A stretch of DNA of 32,854 bases from Robiginitomaculum sp. Lineage in GTDB: Bacteria; Pseudomonadota; Alphaproteobacteria; Caulobacterales; Maricaulaceae. The number at the start of each line of letters is the position of its first letter. Position 1 is the first letter of the stretch. Positions 8,853-19,402 of this stretch are shown here, in pieces. Location of the stretch: the NCBI GenBank assembly GCA_021647805.1, contig JAKITZ010000001.1:1-32854 (forward strand), given 5' to 3'. Position numbers and translations under genes: made by a program. The notes under the pieces were generated by a model. It ran no database searches. It saw only the letters and a list, made by a program, of their open reading frames with translations, and had not been told where the DNA came from.

Positions 8853-9866
8853 ATGGCCAGAATGACAATGATCAAGGCGATAAATTCGGCGCTTGATAAT
8901 TTGATGCAACGAGACGAAACGGTTTGCTCGTTTGGTGAAGATGCCGGTTATTTTGGCGGCGTATTTGGCTGCACCGAGGGTTTGCAGGCAAAACACGGCC
9001 TTAACAGGGTGTTTGATGCGCCGATCAACGAGGCAGCAATTATTGCCATGGCGATTGGCATGGCCAGCAATGGCTTGCGGCCAGTGGCGGAAATTCAGTT
9101 TTCCGATTATATTTTTCCCGGCTTTGATCAAATAGTTTCCGAGCTGTCGCGTATTCGCTATCGAACTGCTGGCTCATTTACCACGCCGGTAACGATCCGT
9201 ACTCCGTGTGGTGGCGGCATTTATGGCGGTCAAACCCATTCCATGTCACCAGAGGCTTTCTTTACCCATATTCCGGGCATTCGCGTGGTGATGCCGTCCA
9301 ACCCCTATGATGCCAAGGGCATGCTAATCGCCTCGGTCGAGTGTGATGATCCGGTGATCTTCTTTGAACCAAAACGGCTATATAATGGCCCGTTTGATGG
9401 TGATCCGCACAAGCCGGCTTTGGCATGGTCGTCCCACGAAAAAGGCGAAGTTCCCACTGATCATTATACGGTTTCAATAGATAAAGCCGAGATTGTCCGT
9501 GCCGGATCAGAGCTAACCATATTGGCTTATGGAACCATGGTGCATGTGGCGCAAGAATCAGTACGGGTCGCCGGTGTTGATGCCGAAGTGATAGATCTTA
9601 GAACTTTGTTGCCTTATGATATGCAAACTATCGCCAAATCGGTAAACAAAACCGGGCGTTGTGTGGTGTTGCATGAAGCGCCACGGACATCAGGTTTTGG
9701 AGCCGAGCTAATCGCGCAAATCCAAGAAGATTGTTTTTACGCGCTTGAAGCACCGGTAGTACGGGTAACAGGTTGGGACACACCATATCCGCACGCGCAT
9801 GAATGGGCATATTTCCCCGGTCAAGAACGAGTGATACGGGCAATTAAACAAGTTTTGGAGGGTTAA
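8853..9866 (+). CDS. bkdA2: Branched-chain 2-oxoacid dehydrogenase E1 beta subunit
   Basis: 337 aa. Motifs FGEDAGYFGGVF..T.GL, DAPINEAAIIAMAIGMA and EIQFSDYIFPGFDQI are typical of the transketolase-like E1 beta. Confidence 0.92.
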   Translation: MARMTMIKAINSALDNLMQRDETVCSFGEDAGYFGGVFGCTEGLQAKHGLNRVFDAPINEAAIIAMAIGMASNGLRPVAEIQFSDYIFPGFDQIVSELSRIRYRTAGSFTTPVTIRTPCGGGIYGGQTHSMSPEAFFTHIPGIRVVMPSNPYDAKGMLIASVECDDPVIFFEPKRLYNGPFDGDPHKPALAWSSHEKGEVPTDHYTVSIDKAEIVRAGSELTILAYGTMVHVAQESVRVAGVDAEVIDLRTLLPYDMQTIAKSVNKTGRCVVLHEAPRTSGFGAELIAQIQEDCFYALEAPVVRVTGWDTPYPHAHEWAYFPGQERVIRAIKQVLEG

Positions 9867-9869
9867 GTT

Positions 9870-11117
9870 ATGGGACAAGTCAAATTCAAAATGCCAGATG
9901 TTGGCGAGGGCGTGGTCGAGGCGGAAATCGTTGAGTGGCATGTAAAAGTCGGTCAAAAAGTCCAAGAAGACGATACTTTGGTTGATGTGATGACCGATAA
10001 GGCGACTGTGGAAATTCCAGCGCCAGTAACCGGCGTGATCAGTGCTCTAAATGGCGAACCGGGTGATGTATTAGCCATTGGTTCGGTATTATTGGTGATA
10101 GAAACAAACGGGGACGCCGGTGAAGAAGAACCCGCCGACAAACCCGAACCGGCTCCGGTATCAAAGCCAAAGCCTGCACCCGAACCTAAAATAGAACCGG
10201 TAAAACCCGCTACACCTGCACCAGTGGCCGCACCGGCAGTAACAACTTCCAGCAATGCCAAACCGTTGGCTTCTCCGGCAGTTCGTAAGCGGGCGCTGGA
10301 ACAAGACATTGATCTTGGACAGGTTGTCGGCACTGGCCCGGCGGGACGGATCAGCCATCAAAATCTTGACGATTTTATTGCTGCTGGCTGGAGTTTACCC
10401 CCTGTAAGCTATAAACGTCAAAAACGTGAGGGGCAAACCTCACACAAAGTCATTGGCTTGCGCCGCAAAATCGGACAAAACTTAAGTGCATCCAAGCGCA
10501 ATATCCCGCATTTCTCTTATGTTGAAGAGATCGAGATGGACGCACTGGAAGATTTGCGCAAGCATTTGAATGACACTCGCCCAAACTGGCAGCCAAAACT
10601 TAATCCATTGCCGTTTTTAGCATTGGCCTTGATAAAAGTGTTGCCGGAATTTGTCCAAGCAAATGCTCATTTTGATGGCGAAACTCTCACCCAGTTTTTT
10701 CCGGTGCATTTGGGCGTGGCGACGGCCACCCCTAATGGTTTGATGGTGGCAGTAGTTCGTCATGCCGAGGCCATGGACATTTGGACTTTAGCCGCCGAGA
10801 TCGCCAGAGTCACCAAAGCCGCCCGAGATGGAAAAGCCACCAAAGACGAGCTAACCGGCTCGACCATCACCATTACCTCATTAGGGGCGCTTGGCGGTAT
10901 TGCTTCAACGCCGGTGATCAATGCGCCGGAAACCGCAATCATCGGGGTCAATAAGCTCACAGAAAAATTGGTACTGGATCGCGGCAATGTAGTGGCGCGA
11001 AAAGTGATGAATTTATCTTCTAGCTTTGATCATCGGATTGTTGATGGTTTTGATGCAGCAAGCATGATTAGAGGAGTGAAAACCGCATTGGAAAATCCGG
11101 CAACTTTGTTTATGTGA
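9870..11117 (+). CDS. bkdB: Dihydrolipoyl transacylase (E2) of the branched-chain 2-oxoacid dehydrogenase complex
   Basis: It has a lipoyl domain (VMTDKATVEIPAP), a Pro/Ala linker, an E3-binding domain (ASPAVRKRA...GTGPAGRI) and a catalytic DHRIVDG motif. Confidence 0.92.
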   Translation: MGQVKFKMPDVGEGVVEAEIVEWHVKVGQKVQEDDTLVDVMTDKATVEIPAPVTGVISALNGEPGDVLAIGSVLLVIETNGDAGEEEPADKPEPAPVSKPKPAPEPKIEPVKPATPAPVAAPAVTTSSNAKPLASPAVRKRALEQDIDLGQVVGTGPAGRISHQNLDDFIAAGWSLPPVSYKRQKREGQTSHKVIGLRRKIGQNLSASKRNIPHFSYVEEIEMDALEDLRKHLNDTRPNWQPKLNPLPFLALALIKVLPEFVQANAHFDGETLTQFFPVHLGVATATPNGLMVAVVRHAEAMDIWTLAAEIARVTKAARDGKATKDELTGSTITITSLGALGGIASTPVINAPETAIIGVNKLTEKLVLDRGNVVARKVMNLSSSFDHRIVDGFDAASMIRGVKTALENPATLFM

Positions 11118-11587
11118 TGCGAAGTGAAATTGGACACTTTTTACATTTTTTTTCTATTCATTTATCTTCCTTCTTTGTATTGATTTTTTACGGGTTGCAA
11201 CTTGATATTATAGATCAATCTAGTCGACCCTATAAAGAAGTTGCCATATCTTATTTGAGTCTATTTTTTGTTTTTTTGATCAGCTATTGGATGGTGGAGG
11301 AAAAGAAAATTGAAGGCCCAATGTCTGAATATGATGACGGAGCAAAAAAGAATCTGATAAGGGTGCTGTTTGAAAAGCAAATCGCAGAACAGGAATGGGC
11401 TGCCAAAATTGCATTTTTTGGCGCCTCTACGGCATTCCTGTTTCAGTGTATGGTGTTTTTCTTGGGTCGAAATGAAAATCGGATCACAGAATATTTTTAT
11501 TGGGTACTGTTTTTGGGGTTTCTTGGGTTTGGTATGAGGCCTGTATTGGAAAGTTTTGATTGGATTGAGAAGTGGGAAAAAGAATAA
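11114..11587 (+). CDS. Hypothetical 4-TM membrane protein wedged between the E2 and E3 genes
   Basis: 157 aa. Its start overlaps the bkdB stop (aTGTGAtg) and its end overlaps the extended lpd reading frame. Four hydrophobic segments are visible. It is visibly more AT-rich than the flanking bkd genes. I recognise no family. Confidence 0.45.
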   Translation: MMRSEIGHFLHFFSIHLSSFFVLIFYGLQLDIIDQSSRPYKEVAISYLSLFFVFLISYWMVEEKKIEGPMSEYDDGAKKNLIRVLFEKQIAEQEWAAKIAFFGASTAFLFQCMVFFLGRNENRITEYFYWVLFLGFLGFGMRPVLESFDWIEKWEKE

Positions 11588-11588
11588 A

Positions 11589-12992
11589 ATGAAATCTCTT
11601 AAAACAAAAATTCTAATTATTGGCGGTGGGCCAGCCGGTTATCCGTGTGCAATTCGTGCCGGACAGCTTGGCATGGACGTAACATTGGTTGATGCCAGTG
11701 GTTTGGGCGGTACTTGCCTTAATCGTGGCTGTATTCCGTCGAAAGCCTATATACATGCAGCTTCAAGACTCGAAGAAATTACTGCCCACGCCAATGAACC
11801 AGCAATGGGTATTTCTTGCGCCGAGCCAAAACTGGACATGGCTGGCCTCAAAAGCTGGAAAGATCAGCTGGTCGGCAAATTAACTGGCGGCATTGGCATG
11901 TTGTTAAAAGCTGCCGGGGTGAATGTATTACACGGACACGCAAACTTTAGTGATGCCAAAACCTGTGTGGTCAAATTGGCCGATGGCGGGGAACAGCAAA
12001 TTACTGCCGAGCATGTGGTATTGGCCACCGGCTCTACCGAAACCGAATTGCCATTTTTACCGTTTTCCGATCGGGTGCTTTCTTCGACCAGTGCGCTAGA
12101 GTTGGAAACCTTGCCGAAAACCTTGGCCGTAGTCGGTGCCGGTTATATCGGGCTGGAGCTGGGCATTGCTTTTGCCAAATTGGGCAGCAAGGTCACATTC
12201 GTCGAGGCCTTGGATACCATTTTGCCGCAATATGATGCCGAGATGACAAGGCCAATTAGAAGATGGCTAAAAACTCATAAAGTCGATCTGCACCTATCGG
12301 CCAAAGCCAAAGACGTAAACAAAAACGGTCTGGTGTTCACCAACAAATCCGGTGATGAACAAACAATAACCGCAGAAAAAATACTGATAGCCGTTGGCCG
12401 TAAACCCAATACCACCGGCTTTGGTTTAGAGAACATGGCCATTGATATGGACGGGGTGTTTATTGCGGTGGACGATCAATGTCGCACTGCCATGCGAAAT
12501 GTCTGGGCAATTGGCGATGTGGTTGGCGAGCCTATGCTGGCGCACAAAGGAACCGCCCAAGGTGAAATGGTGGCAGAGATTATTGCCGGTAAAAAACGCC
12601 GCTTTGATCCGACGGCGATTGCCGCAGTTTGTTTTACCGAGCCGGAAATTGTTGGCGTTGGCCTAACTCCGGCAGAGGCCAAAGAGACCGGCGAAGAAGT
12701 AATAACCGGCAAATTCCCGTTGGCGGCATTGGGCAAAGCCTTGGCCATGCAAAGCGGAACCGATGGCGGCTTTGTGCGGGTAACAGCTAGAAAATCCGAT
12801 CATCTGATTTTGGGTATTCATGCGGTTGGTGCCCATGTTGCGGAATTAAGCGGTGAATTTGCCTTGGCACTGGAAATGGGAGCGCGGCTTGAAGATATTG
12901 CCGGAACCATTCATGTGCATCCGACTTTGACCGAAGGTTTTGCCGAAAGCGCAATGACAGCACTTGGCCACCCGATTCATATCAAGGCTTAG
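11589..12992 (+). CDS. lpdV: Dihydrolipoyl dehydrogenase (E3)
   Basis: MKSLKTKILIIGGGPAGY (FAD fold), redox disulfide GGTCLNRGCIPSK, NAD fold VVGAGYIGLELG, and C-terminal HVHPTLTE. I prefer the ATG at 11589 over the track start at 11556, because the extra 11 aa precede the Rossmann beta1 strand and overlap the upstream ORF. Confidence 0.92.
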   Translation: MKSLKTKILIIGGGPAGYPCAIRAGQLGMDVTLVDASGLGGTCLNRGCIPSKAYIHAASRLEEITAHANEPAMGISCAEPKLDMAGLKSWKDQLVGKLTGGIGMLLKAAGVNVLHGHANFSDAKTCVVKLADGGEQQITAEHVVLATGSTETELPFLPFSDRVLSSTSALELETLPKTLAVVGAGYIGLELGIAFAKLGSKVTFVEALDTILPQYDAEMTRPIRRWLKTHKVDLHLSAKAKDVNKNGLVFTNKSGDEQTITAEKILIAVGRKPNTTGFGLENMAIDMDGVFIAVDDQCRTAMRNVWAIGDVVGEPMLAHKGTAQGEMVAEIIAGKKRRFDPTAIAAVCFTEPEIVGVGLTPAEAKETGEEVITGKFPLAALGKALAMQSGTDGGFVRVTARKSDHLILGIHAVGAHVAELSGEFALALEMGARLEDIAGTIHVHPTLTEGFAESAMTALGHPIHIKA

Positions 12993-13026
12993 ATAGTTTT
13001 GTTGTTCAAATTGAGCGGTAATTTAC

Positions 13027-13258
13027 CATAACCCTTTAATGGATGAAAATACCGATTGATCTTGGTGCTGGAACGGAATGGTTGGACTGCGGCTCGTAGG
13101 TCGGAGTGACTTCTAAGATAAAAGATAAGGGGCATAACAAGGGTCACGCACCCTTAGGGGTAAACCCTTAATTGGCACCCCTTGGCAAAGACGTTACTTA
13201 TAGTTAGGCGTAATGGCACTCTTAAGAGACCCTCATTGACCCTTAATAACCCTTGGAC
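13027..13258. repeat. Cluster of about 8 CCCTT/AAGGG-containing short motifs (approximate consensus NACCCTTR) in the lpdV/truA convergent spacer
   Basis: Hand count: accctttaat, ataagggg, acaagggtca, cacccttagg, aaacccttaa, caccccttgg, gacccttaat, aacccttgga. About 0.5 copies of a given pentamer (both strands) are expected in 250 bp. The cluster shares the 11-mer aacaagggtca (13136-13146) with 32020-32030. Confidence 0.5.
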
Positions 13259-13414
13259 AGTGAGGGGTAAGTGTCAGGCATGCCCGCATTGCCGGTTTTT
13301 ACTTTTGTAGCATATTACTAACTAGGTGCGACTGCGCCTCAGCAATTATTTGCCGCGCCGTCGCAGGTCATTGCTAAGCAATCTGACCGCGAGACAGAAC
13401 AACTTAGCATTGCT

Positions 13415-14152
13415 CTAATACACCACCTTAGTAAGATACAACCCGTCTGGCGGAGCAACAGGACCACAACGGGCGCGGTCTTTAGACTGTAATGCCTCAA
13501 CAAAGTTCTGATGATCCCATTTGCCCAAGCCGACCTCAACCAATGAGCCAACCATTGAGCGCACTTGGGAATGTAAAAAACTACGAGCCTCACAAACCAG
13601 TTGAATCTCATCACCAATTTGTATCATGTCACAACGATCAATGGTTTTTACTGGAGTTTTCGCCTGACAATCACTATCGCGAAACGTGGAAAAATCATGC
13701 AGGCCGACCAGTTCTTGCGCCGCCATATCCATTGCCTGCCAATCAAGTTTTCTTGGTACTCGCCAAATATGCCCACGACCCAGCGTCAAAGGCGGTCTTC
13801 TGGCGCTGATACGATATAAATAATGTCTGGCCTTGGCGCTGAACCTTGCATGAAATTCATCATCCACAAGTTCGGCAGATAAAATCGCAATTGGGTCAGG
13901 GCGCAAATGATGGTTCAAAGCATCGCGCACCTGATCACAACTAAGCTCGCGCTGTAAATCCAAATGCGCCACTTGCGCCAAAGCATGCACCCCGGCATCG
14001 GTTCTGCCCGCGCCTTGAACCATTACTTCCCGGCCATCAAGCGCGGTGGCAGCTTTGATCAACGCCCCTTGCACGCTTGGCAAGGTATCTTGTTTTTGCC
14101 AGCCATAAAACAGCCCGCCATCATATTCGATAGTTAACTTAAAACGCTTCAC
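13415..14152 (-). CDS. truA: tRNA pseudouridine(38-40) synthase
   Basis: [21 protein letters not shown], then [17 protein letters not shown] with the catalytic Asp, and a C-terminal APPDGLYL. Confidence 0.92.
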   Translation of the reverse strand: MKRFKLTIEYDGGLFYGWQKQDTLPSVQGALIKAATALDGREVMVQGAGRTDAGVHALAQVAHLDLQRELSCDQVRDALNHHLRPDPIAILSAELVDDEFHARFSAKARHYLYRISARRPPLTLGRGHIWRVPRKLDWQAMDMAAQELVGLHDFSTFRDSDCQAKTPVKTIDRCDMIQIGDEIQLVCEARSFLHSQVRSMVGSLVEVGLGKWDHQNFVEALQSKDRARCGPVAPPDGLYLTKVVY

Positions 14153-15081
14153 GATAAAATATCGCCGACATTAAACCCGCCACCGCGAAATAGCTGTTCT
14201 GCGCTCATGGGCCTGCCGCCAGAGGGCTGTACGGTTATAAGCCGCACCGCGCCTTGCTTGGTAGCAATAGTTAGCTTGTCATCAAGTATTTCACCGGGCT
14301 TGCCAGATTTATCAACATACTCGCTAAACAACACTTTTATGCGTTTATTTGCTTTTGGCGTATCTAGCTCGAACCACGCCCCCGGAGATGGCGCAAGTCC
14401 GCGAATATGCCAATCCAGTTCACTTGCCGGAAGTGTCCAGTTTAGCTTGGTTTCGGTTTTTGCTATTTTCTTGGCATAAGTAACACCGGTCTCAAGTTGT
14501 TTTGTGGCAAACAAAGCATCACGCTGTAATGCTGAAATTGCCCTTATCATCAGATCAGCACCAACCAACATCATTTTATCATGCAAAGATCCGGTGGTGT
14601 CTTGCTTGGATATGGGCATGTTTTCCGAAAGCAATATGTCACCTGTATCCAAACCCTCGTCCATCTGCATGACCTGCACTGCGGTTTGGTTGTCGCCAGC
14701 CATTATTGCTCGCTGGATCGGTGCAGCACCACGCCATCTTGGTAATTCAGAGCCGTGTAAGTTAAAACAACCATGCACCGGCGCACTTAAAATTTCTTGC
14801 GGCAATATCAGGCCATAAGCAACCACCACCGCTAGGTCTATTTTTAATGCTGCAAACTCGGCTTGCGTATCGGCATCACGTAAGGTTTTTGGGGTTTTCA
14901 CCGGCAAAGAAAAACTATCTGCCATTTGGTGAACCGCCGTTTTTCCAAGTTTTTTACCTCGTCCCGTGGGTTTTGGCTCTCTGGTGTAAACACAAACAAT
15001 TTCATGACCGGCGGCCACCAACTCGCCCAAGGTCGCAGTAGCAAAAACCGGCGAACCCATAAAAGCAATTCGTAAAGCCAT
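14149..15081 (-). CDS. fmt: Methionyl-tRNA formyltransferase
   Basis: [12 protein letters not shown], then [24 protein letters not shown] (the HxSLLPxxRG motif region). It has a 4-nt overlap with truA and lies directly after def. Confidence 0.93.
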   Translation of the reverse strand: MALRIAFMGSPVFATATLGELVAAGHEIVCVYTREPKPTGRGKKLGKTAVHQMADSFSLPVKTPKTLRDADTQAEFAALKIDLAVVVAYGLILPQEILSAPVHGCFNLHGSELPRWRGAAPIQRAIMAGDNQTAVQVMQMDEGLDTGDILLSENMPISKQDTTGSLHDKMMLVGADLMIRAISALQRDALFATKQLETGVTYAKKIAKTETKLNWTLPASELDWHIRGLAPSPGAWFELDTPKANKRIKVLFSEYVDKSGKPGEILDDKLTIATKQGAVRLITVQPSGGRPMSAEQLFRGGGFNVGDILS

Positions 15082-15083
15082 AG

Positions 15084-15605
15084 CTATTCGTCCGTCTCGG
15101 CTTCGCGTTCGGCTTTTTGTACTTTCTTGATCGCTCGCTGTCGCTTTAGCCGTGATAAGTGATCAATAAACAATACGCCGTTTAAATGATCCATCTCGTG
15201 CTGGATGCAAGTGGCATACATATCCTCGGCCCACTCGACAATCTCTTTGCCGTGATAGTCTAAATAACGCAATTTAACCCGCCTTGGACGCTCTACTTCT
15301 TCGTAAAAGTCCGGCACCGATAAACAACCCTCTTCCCAAAGGCGCAACTCTTCTACATCGTCCAGAATTTCCGGGTTAATAAAACATTTTGGTTCTGGCG
15401 TAGCATCTGTCTCGGCCAGATCCATAACAATAATTCGCAATGGTACGCCAATTTGAATTGCCGCCAAACCAATACCCGGTGCATCATACATGGTTTCTAG
15501 CATATCATCCATCAAGGCGCGGGTTTCGTCGGTCACAACCTCAACGGAACGCGAAACCTGTTTTAATACCGGATTGGGTACGGTGAGTATCTGTTTAATA
15601 GCCAT
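15084..15605 (-). CDS. def: Peptide deformylase
   Basis: [10 protein letters not shown] (motif 1), EGCLSVP (motif 2) and HEMDHL (motif 3). The start is taken at [15 protein letters not shown] (ATG at 15605-15603). The 24-aa track extension is not Def-like and overlaps rmuC. Confidence 0.93.
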   Translation of the reverse strand: MAIKQILTVPNPVLKQVSRSVEVVTDETRALMDDMLETMYDAPGIGLAAIQIGVPLRIIVMDLAETDATPEPKCFINPEILDDVEELRLWEEGCLSVPDFYEEVERPRRVKLRYLDYHGKEIVEWAEDMYATCIQHEMDHLNGVLFIDHLSRLKRQRAIKKVQKAEREAETDE

Positions 15606-15677
15606 TTGAGTTACATGGCGTGTGAGCTTGCTCACGTCAAGATTAGTGATTGGCGGCGAATCAGTTATAACTGTCAC

Positions 15678-16808
15678 ATGTTAGAACAATTAACGAACAT
15701 CGATCTATTGATCATCATACTTGTCATTGGTTTTGCGGCTCTTTTTCTGATTGTGCTATTGCTGCGCCGTAAACCCGAGCAAAATACTTTTTTGAAAGAT
15801 CAGCTAAGCCAATTGCACGATAATCAAATTCGAATGCAAGGAGCATTCACCAACGTACAAGAAACCTCTTCTAACAATCAAAACGAGTTAAAGCGTACAT
15901 TAAACGACCGGCTTGATGTTATGAGTAAAAAACTTGGCGATAGTCTTGGTGAAACTCGTGAAAAAACCCATGAAAGCCTAAAAGGTCTAGGCGAACGACT
16001 GGCAATAATTGATCGGGCGCAAAAGAATATCGAAGCCTTAGGCCAAGAGGTCAATTCCTTACAAAGCATTCTTGCCAACAAACAAAGCCGTGGCCAATTT
16101 GGTGAAATGCGAATGCAAGATATGGTTGAGGACAGCCTGCCGCCAAATGCTTATTCATTTCAGGAAACCTTGAGTAATGGCAAAAGAGTTGATTGCCTGA
16201 TCCATCTGCCAAATGGCGCAGAATCAATAGCTATTGATGCAAAATTTCCGCTTGAAAGCTGGCGCACGCTACAAGCCGCCAGTGATGATGCAATGGCAAA
16301 ACCAGCGGCCAAACTATTACAAAGCGATATTAAAAAACACATTGACGCTATAGCAACAAAATATCTATTGCCCGGCGAAACCACTGACACCGCTTTGTTG
16401 TTTTTACCCTCAGAAGCAATTTATGCTGATCTGCATGCGCATTTTCCAAAACTTATAGAACATGCCTTTAAGTTCAAAGTTATGATCGTTTCACCGACCA
16501 CATTTATGGCCACCTTGCTTACCATATCCTCATTGTTAAAAGACGCACGTATGCGAGAACAAGCACACCTGATCCAGCGCGAGGTAGAAATGATGATGCA
16601 AGACGTGCGCCTGCTTGACGAGCGCACGCAAAAGCTTGATCGTAATTTCAAAACTGCCAGCAAAGCCATTGATGAAATTCTAACTTCAACGTCACGAATT
16701 ACGAAACGCGCCGGAAAAATCAGCGATGTAGATGTCGCTCCGAATGAAATTGAAGAAATAATTAAACCAGAGATAAAACTTATCGACGGTGAACAAGGAG
16801 ACAGTTAA
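15678..16808 (+). CDS. rmuC: DNA recombination protein RmuC
   Basis: It has an N-terminal TM segment, a long coiled coil, then [20 protein letters not shown]...[19 protein letters not shown]...LFLPSEAIY, typical of RmuC. The start is chosen at ATG 15678 ([14 protein letters not shown]...). Confidence 0.87.
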   Translation: MLEQLTNIDLLIIILVIGFAALFLIVLLLRRKPEQNTFLKDQLSQLHDNQIRMQGAFTNVQETSSNNQNELKRTLNDRLDVMSKKLGDSLGETREKTHESLKGLGERLAIIDRAQKNIEALGQEVNSLQSILANKQSRGQFGEMRMQDMVEDSLPPNAYSFQETLSNGKRVDCLIHLPNGAESIAIDAKFPLESWRTLQAASDDAMAKPAAKLLQSDIKKHIDAIATKYLLPGETTDTALLFLPSEAIYADLHAHFPKLIEHAFKFKVMIVSPTTFMATLLTISSLLKDARMREQAHLIQREVEMMMQDVRLLDERTQKLDRNFKTASKAIDEILTSTSRITKRAGKISDVDVAPNEIEEIIKPEIKLIDGEQGDS

Positions 16809-17981
16809 ATGAAAAACTTATTTTTCTTAACTTTGACTTTTTTAGTTATTGCCAGCTGTAGTCAGCAACAAGCTAACGAAAGCAAAGCAACCAATGAAAC
16901 CATTGAAACTATTTTCCCCATCATCCACAGCGAACAAAGCCAGCAAGCTGGTTTTGATGTGGTGCGAATAACTGATCAGCTTGATGCCCCGTGGGGTTTG
17001 GCTTTTTTACCAGATGGCGATTTTCTAGTTACGCAAAAATCCGGTGATCTAGTTCAGATTTCTAGTAAGACAGGCCAGATAACTATAATAACTGGCGTAC
17101 CAAATGTCCTTGATACTGGACAAGGAGGCTTGCTTGATATTGCACTTTCGCCGAATTTTTTGAACAATCAAATTGTATTTATTTCTTTTGCTGAAGGCAG
17201 CAAAAAGCAAAACCATACGGCAATTGCCAAGGCAAAGCTTGTTGGCAACACGCTAGTTGACCTAAAAATTATTTTTCGTGCAAACATGCCAGAAAAAACC
17301 GGTGGCGGGCATTTTGGCTCACGTCTGGTTTTAGATGGAAAAGGTTATATTTACGCCAGTATTGGCGATGGTTTTAAGTGGTTAGAGAACGCGCAAAACC
17401 CGCATGATAATTTTGGAACCATTGTCCGGTTGAACCTTGATGGCTCAAACCCTAATGATAACCCTTTTTCTGACGGCAAAAATGGCGATCCTTCAGTGTG
17501 GAGTTATGGTCATCGCAATCCACAAGGGCTGACGAAACACCCAAAAACCGGCGAGCTTTGGCAAAGCGAACACGGGCCAAGAGGCGGTGATGAAATAAAC
17601 ATAATCATAAAGGGTGAAAACTATGGCTGGCCGAAAGCTACTTTTGGCAGAGGTTATTCCGGCAAAACTATTTCCAAATTTTCTGAGCTACCCGGTATGG
17701 TTTCGCCGCTATTAAATTGGACGCCATCAATAGCCCCTTCCGGATTAGATTTTTATGTTGGAGAAAAGTTTGCCAATTGGAACGGTGACCTTTTCTCCGG
17801 CACATTAAAAGCCGAGCATTTAAGACGTATCGAGCTGGACGGAAAAACCATAACCGGCCAAGAAGAATTATTAGGCGAATTAGGCTTGCGGATCAGAGAT
17901 GTACGCTCCGCGCCGGATGGTTTATTGTATCTTTTAACCGATGATGGGCAGTTATTACGTTTGCAGCCAACCGAAGGCTAA
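16809..17981 (+). CDS. PQQ-dependent (soluble) sugar dehydrogenase, YliI/sorbosone dehydrogenase family; lipoprotein
   Basis: It has a lipobox (LVIASC), then [65 protein letters not shown] and GENYGWP. Confidence 0.85.
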   Translation: MKNLFFLTLTFLVIASCSQQQANESKATNETIETIFPIIHSEQSQQAGFDVVRITDQLDAPWGLAFLPDGDFLVTQKSGDLVQISSKTGQITIITGVPNVLDTGQGGLLDIALSPNFLNNQIVFISFAEGSKKQNHTAIAKAKLVGNTLVDLKIIFRANMPEKTGGGHFGSRLVLDGKGYIYASIGDGFKWLENAQNPHDNFGTIVRLNLDGSNPNDNPFSDGKNGDPSVWSYGHRNPQGLTKHPKTGELWQSEHGPRGGDEINIIIKGENYGWPKATFGRGYSGKTISKFSELPGMVSPLLNWTPSIAPSGLDFYVGEKFANWNGDLFSGTLKAEHLRRIELDGKTITGQEELLGELGLRIRDVRSAPDGLLYLLTDDGQLLRLQPTEG

Positions 17982-18583
17982 ATAGCCTTTCTTGAAACCA
18001 AGGCCGCAGCCAAAGTTCCATCATCAAGGTAATCCAGCTCACCACCCACTGGTACGCCTCTGGCGATTGTTGTTACTTTTACTCCGGTTTTGGCCAAACT
18101 GTCTGCTAAAAAATGCGACGTGCTAGCACCATCTACATTTGCGCTTAACGCCAAGATCACTTCGGTAATTTGCGGAGTTTCTGCCAAGGTCAATAACCGA
18201 TCGATAAACAAATCTTCTGGGCGCACGCCATCAATGGCTGACAGCACCCCACCCAATACAAAATAACGACCACGATGGGCGCCGGCACGCTCCAACGCCC
18301 ACAGGTCTCCAACCTGCTCGACCACGCACAAACTCGTCTGGTCACGTCCCGGAGCTTGGCAAATAGCACACGGGTTTTTCACATCAATATTTCCACAAGT
18401 ATCACAAGACCGTATGTGCTCGGCAGCTTCATTCATCGCTCGGCCTAATGGTATCAACAGGCCTTCTTTTTTGCGAATCAAATGCAATACAGCTCGCCTG
18501 GCCGAACGCGGCCCTAAACCGGGTAGCCGCGATAACATTGTTATCAATTGTTCAATTTGCGGGCCGGCAGAAGTATGTGGCAT
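17978..18583 (-). CDS. recR: Recombination protein RecR
   Basis: [27 protein letters not shown] (HhH), a C4 zinc finger (CDTCGNI....CAIC), and a Toprim domain (LCVVEQVGD). The start is taken at the internal ATG 18583. The stop overlaps the convergent dehydrogenase stop within CTAA/TTAG. Confidence 0.92.
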   Translation of the reverse strand: MPHTSAGPQIEQLITMLSRLPGLGPRSARRAVLHLIRKKEGLLIPLGRAMNEAAEHIRSCDTCGNIDVKNPCAICQAPGRDQTSLCVVEQVGDLWALERAGAHRGRYFVLGGVLSAIDGVRPEDLFIDRLLTLAETPQITEVILALSANVDGASTSHFLADSLAKTGVKVTTIARGVPVGGELDYLDDGTLAAALVSRKAI

Positions 18584-18706
18584 AACGAATCGCCTTGTCT
18601 GAGTTACACTGCCAAAGATGCAACACTCACCCACGCCTGCCAATAGCCTTAAAGCCTACTAAACATTTGCCTCTTAATTACAAAGAGCCGGTTTTGGTAA
18701 GTTCAA

Positions 18707-19249
18707 TTATTTTGGTGCCAGTACCATCATCATTTGCCGACCTTCTGTTTTCGGCTCAAATTCAACTTTGGTAGTGTCCTCAAAATCATCACGTACTCGT
18801 TGCAACAAGTTTGCGCCACGATCTTGGTGTGCCATTTCCCGGCCACGAAAGCGGATTGTTACTTTGACCTTATCTCCTTGAGCAAAAAATCTAGTCATGG
18901 CTTTTGTTTTTACTTGATAATCATGAACATCGATATTTGGTCGCATCTTGATCTCTTTAAGATCAGCGGTCTTTTGTTTCTTTTTTGACTCAGCACGTTT
19001 TTTCTGCGCTTGAAAGCGCATTTTGCCGTAATCAAGGATTTTACAAACTGGATTATTTGCCTCCGGTGCCACTTCAACCAGATCAAGTCCGGCTTCTTTA
19101 GCAGCTTCCAAAGCAGCAGCGATTGGCATTACACCTTGCTTTTCACCGTTCTCATCAATGAGCAAAATGCGCTCAGCAGTGATATCCTGATTAACTTTGG
19201 GGCCTTTGGGCTTTTTCGGGGCGGCTGGCGGTGGACGACGTGCTATAAT
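18707..19249 (-). CDS. infC: Translation initiation factor IF-3 with a non-canonical ATT (or adjacent ATA) start
   Basis: The track ORF starts inside the conserved N-domain. Extending in frame gives [40 protein letters not shown]..., which matches the IF-3 N-terminus (INxxIrxxEVRLI). No ATG, GTG or TTG lies between the upstream in-frame stop (19267-19265) and that region. AGGAG sits just upstream of the ATT. Confidence 0.88.
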   Translation of the reverse strand: MIARRPPPAAPKKPKGPKVNQDITAERILLIDENGEKQGVMPIAAALEAAKEAGLDLVEVAPEANNPVCKILDYGKMRFQAQKKRAESKKKQKTADLKEIKMRPNIDVHDYQVKTKAMTRFFAQGDKVKVTIRFRGREMAHQDRGANLLQRVRDDFEDTTKVEFEPKTEGRQMMMVLAPK

Positions 19250-19259
19250 GCTCTCCTGT
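19247..19259 (-). promoter_or_regulatory. infC translation-initiation region: SD-like AGGAG plus an AUU start codon
   Basis: The minus-strand sequence reads CAGGAGAGC-ATT-ATA-GCA. An AUU start on infC is the established IF-3 autoregulation device in E. coli. The SD-to-ATT spacing is short (3 nt), so ATA (19246-19244) cannot be excluded. Confidence 0.6.
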
Positions 19260-19402
19260 GATTGTCAAAAAAATGCCGGACAATCATTGTAGAGAAATCG
19301 TATCAACCATGAAAACCCTCCTATTAAGTGCCAGACCAAAGCTTTATGAAGAAAGCTGGGCGCGGGATCAAGCAACTTTCGCATAGATTTCAAAAATAGT
19401 GA

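Noticed and set aside
11556-11588. Track N-terminal extensions of lpdV (11556), def (15677), rmuC (15606), recR (18643), the TonB receptor (27953) and the HExxH protein (22299, TTG)
   Set aside because: In each case an internal ATG lines up with the conserved family N-terminus or signal peptide. The extension also overlaps a neighbouring gene or repeat.
13171-13186. Sigma-54-like promoter TGGCACCCCTTGGCA
   Set aside because: The GG-to-GC spacing is one nucleotide short of the -24/-12 consensus. No gene lies downstream in that orientation, because the spacer is between convergent genes.
19309-19386. 25-aa + strand mini-ORF (MKTLLLSARPKLYEESWARDQATFA) between infC and the GT9 gene. A similar 21-aa mini-ORF lies at 31914-31979.
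   Set aside because: Both are very short with no convincing SD. The sequence gives no conservation evidence, and they are most likely chance ORFs in leader or spacer sequence.
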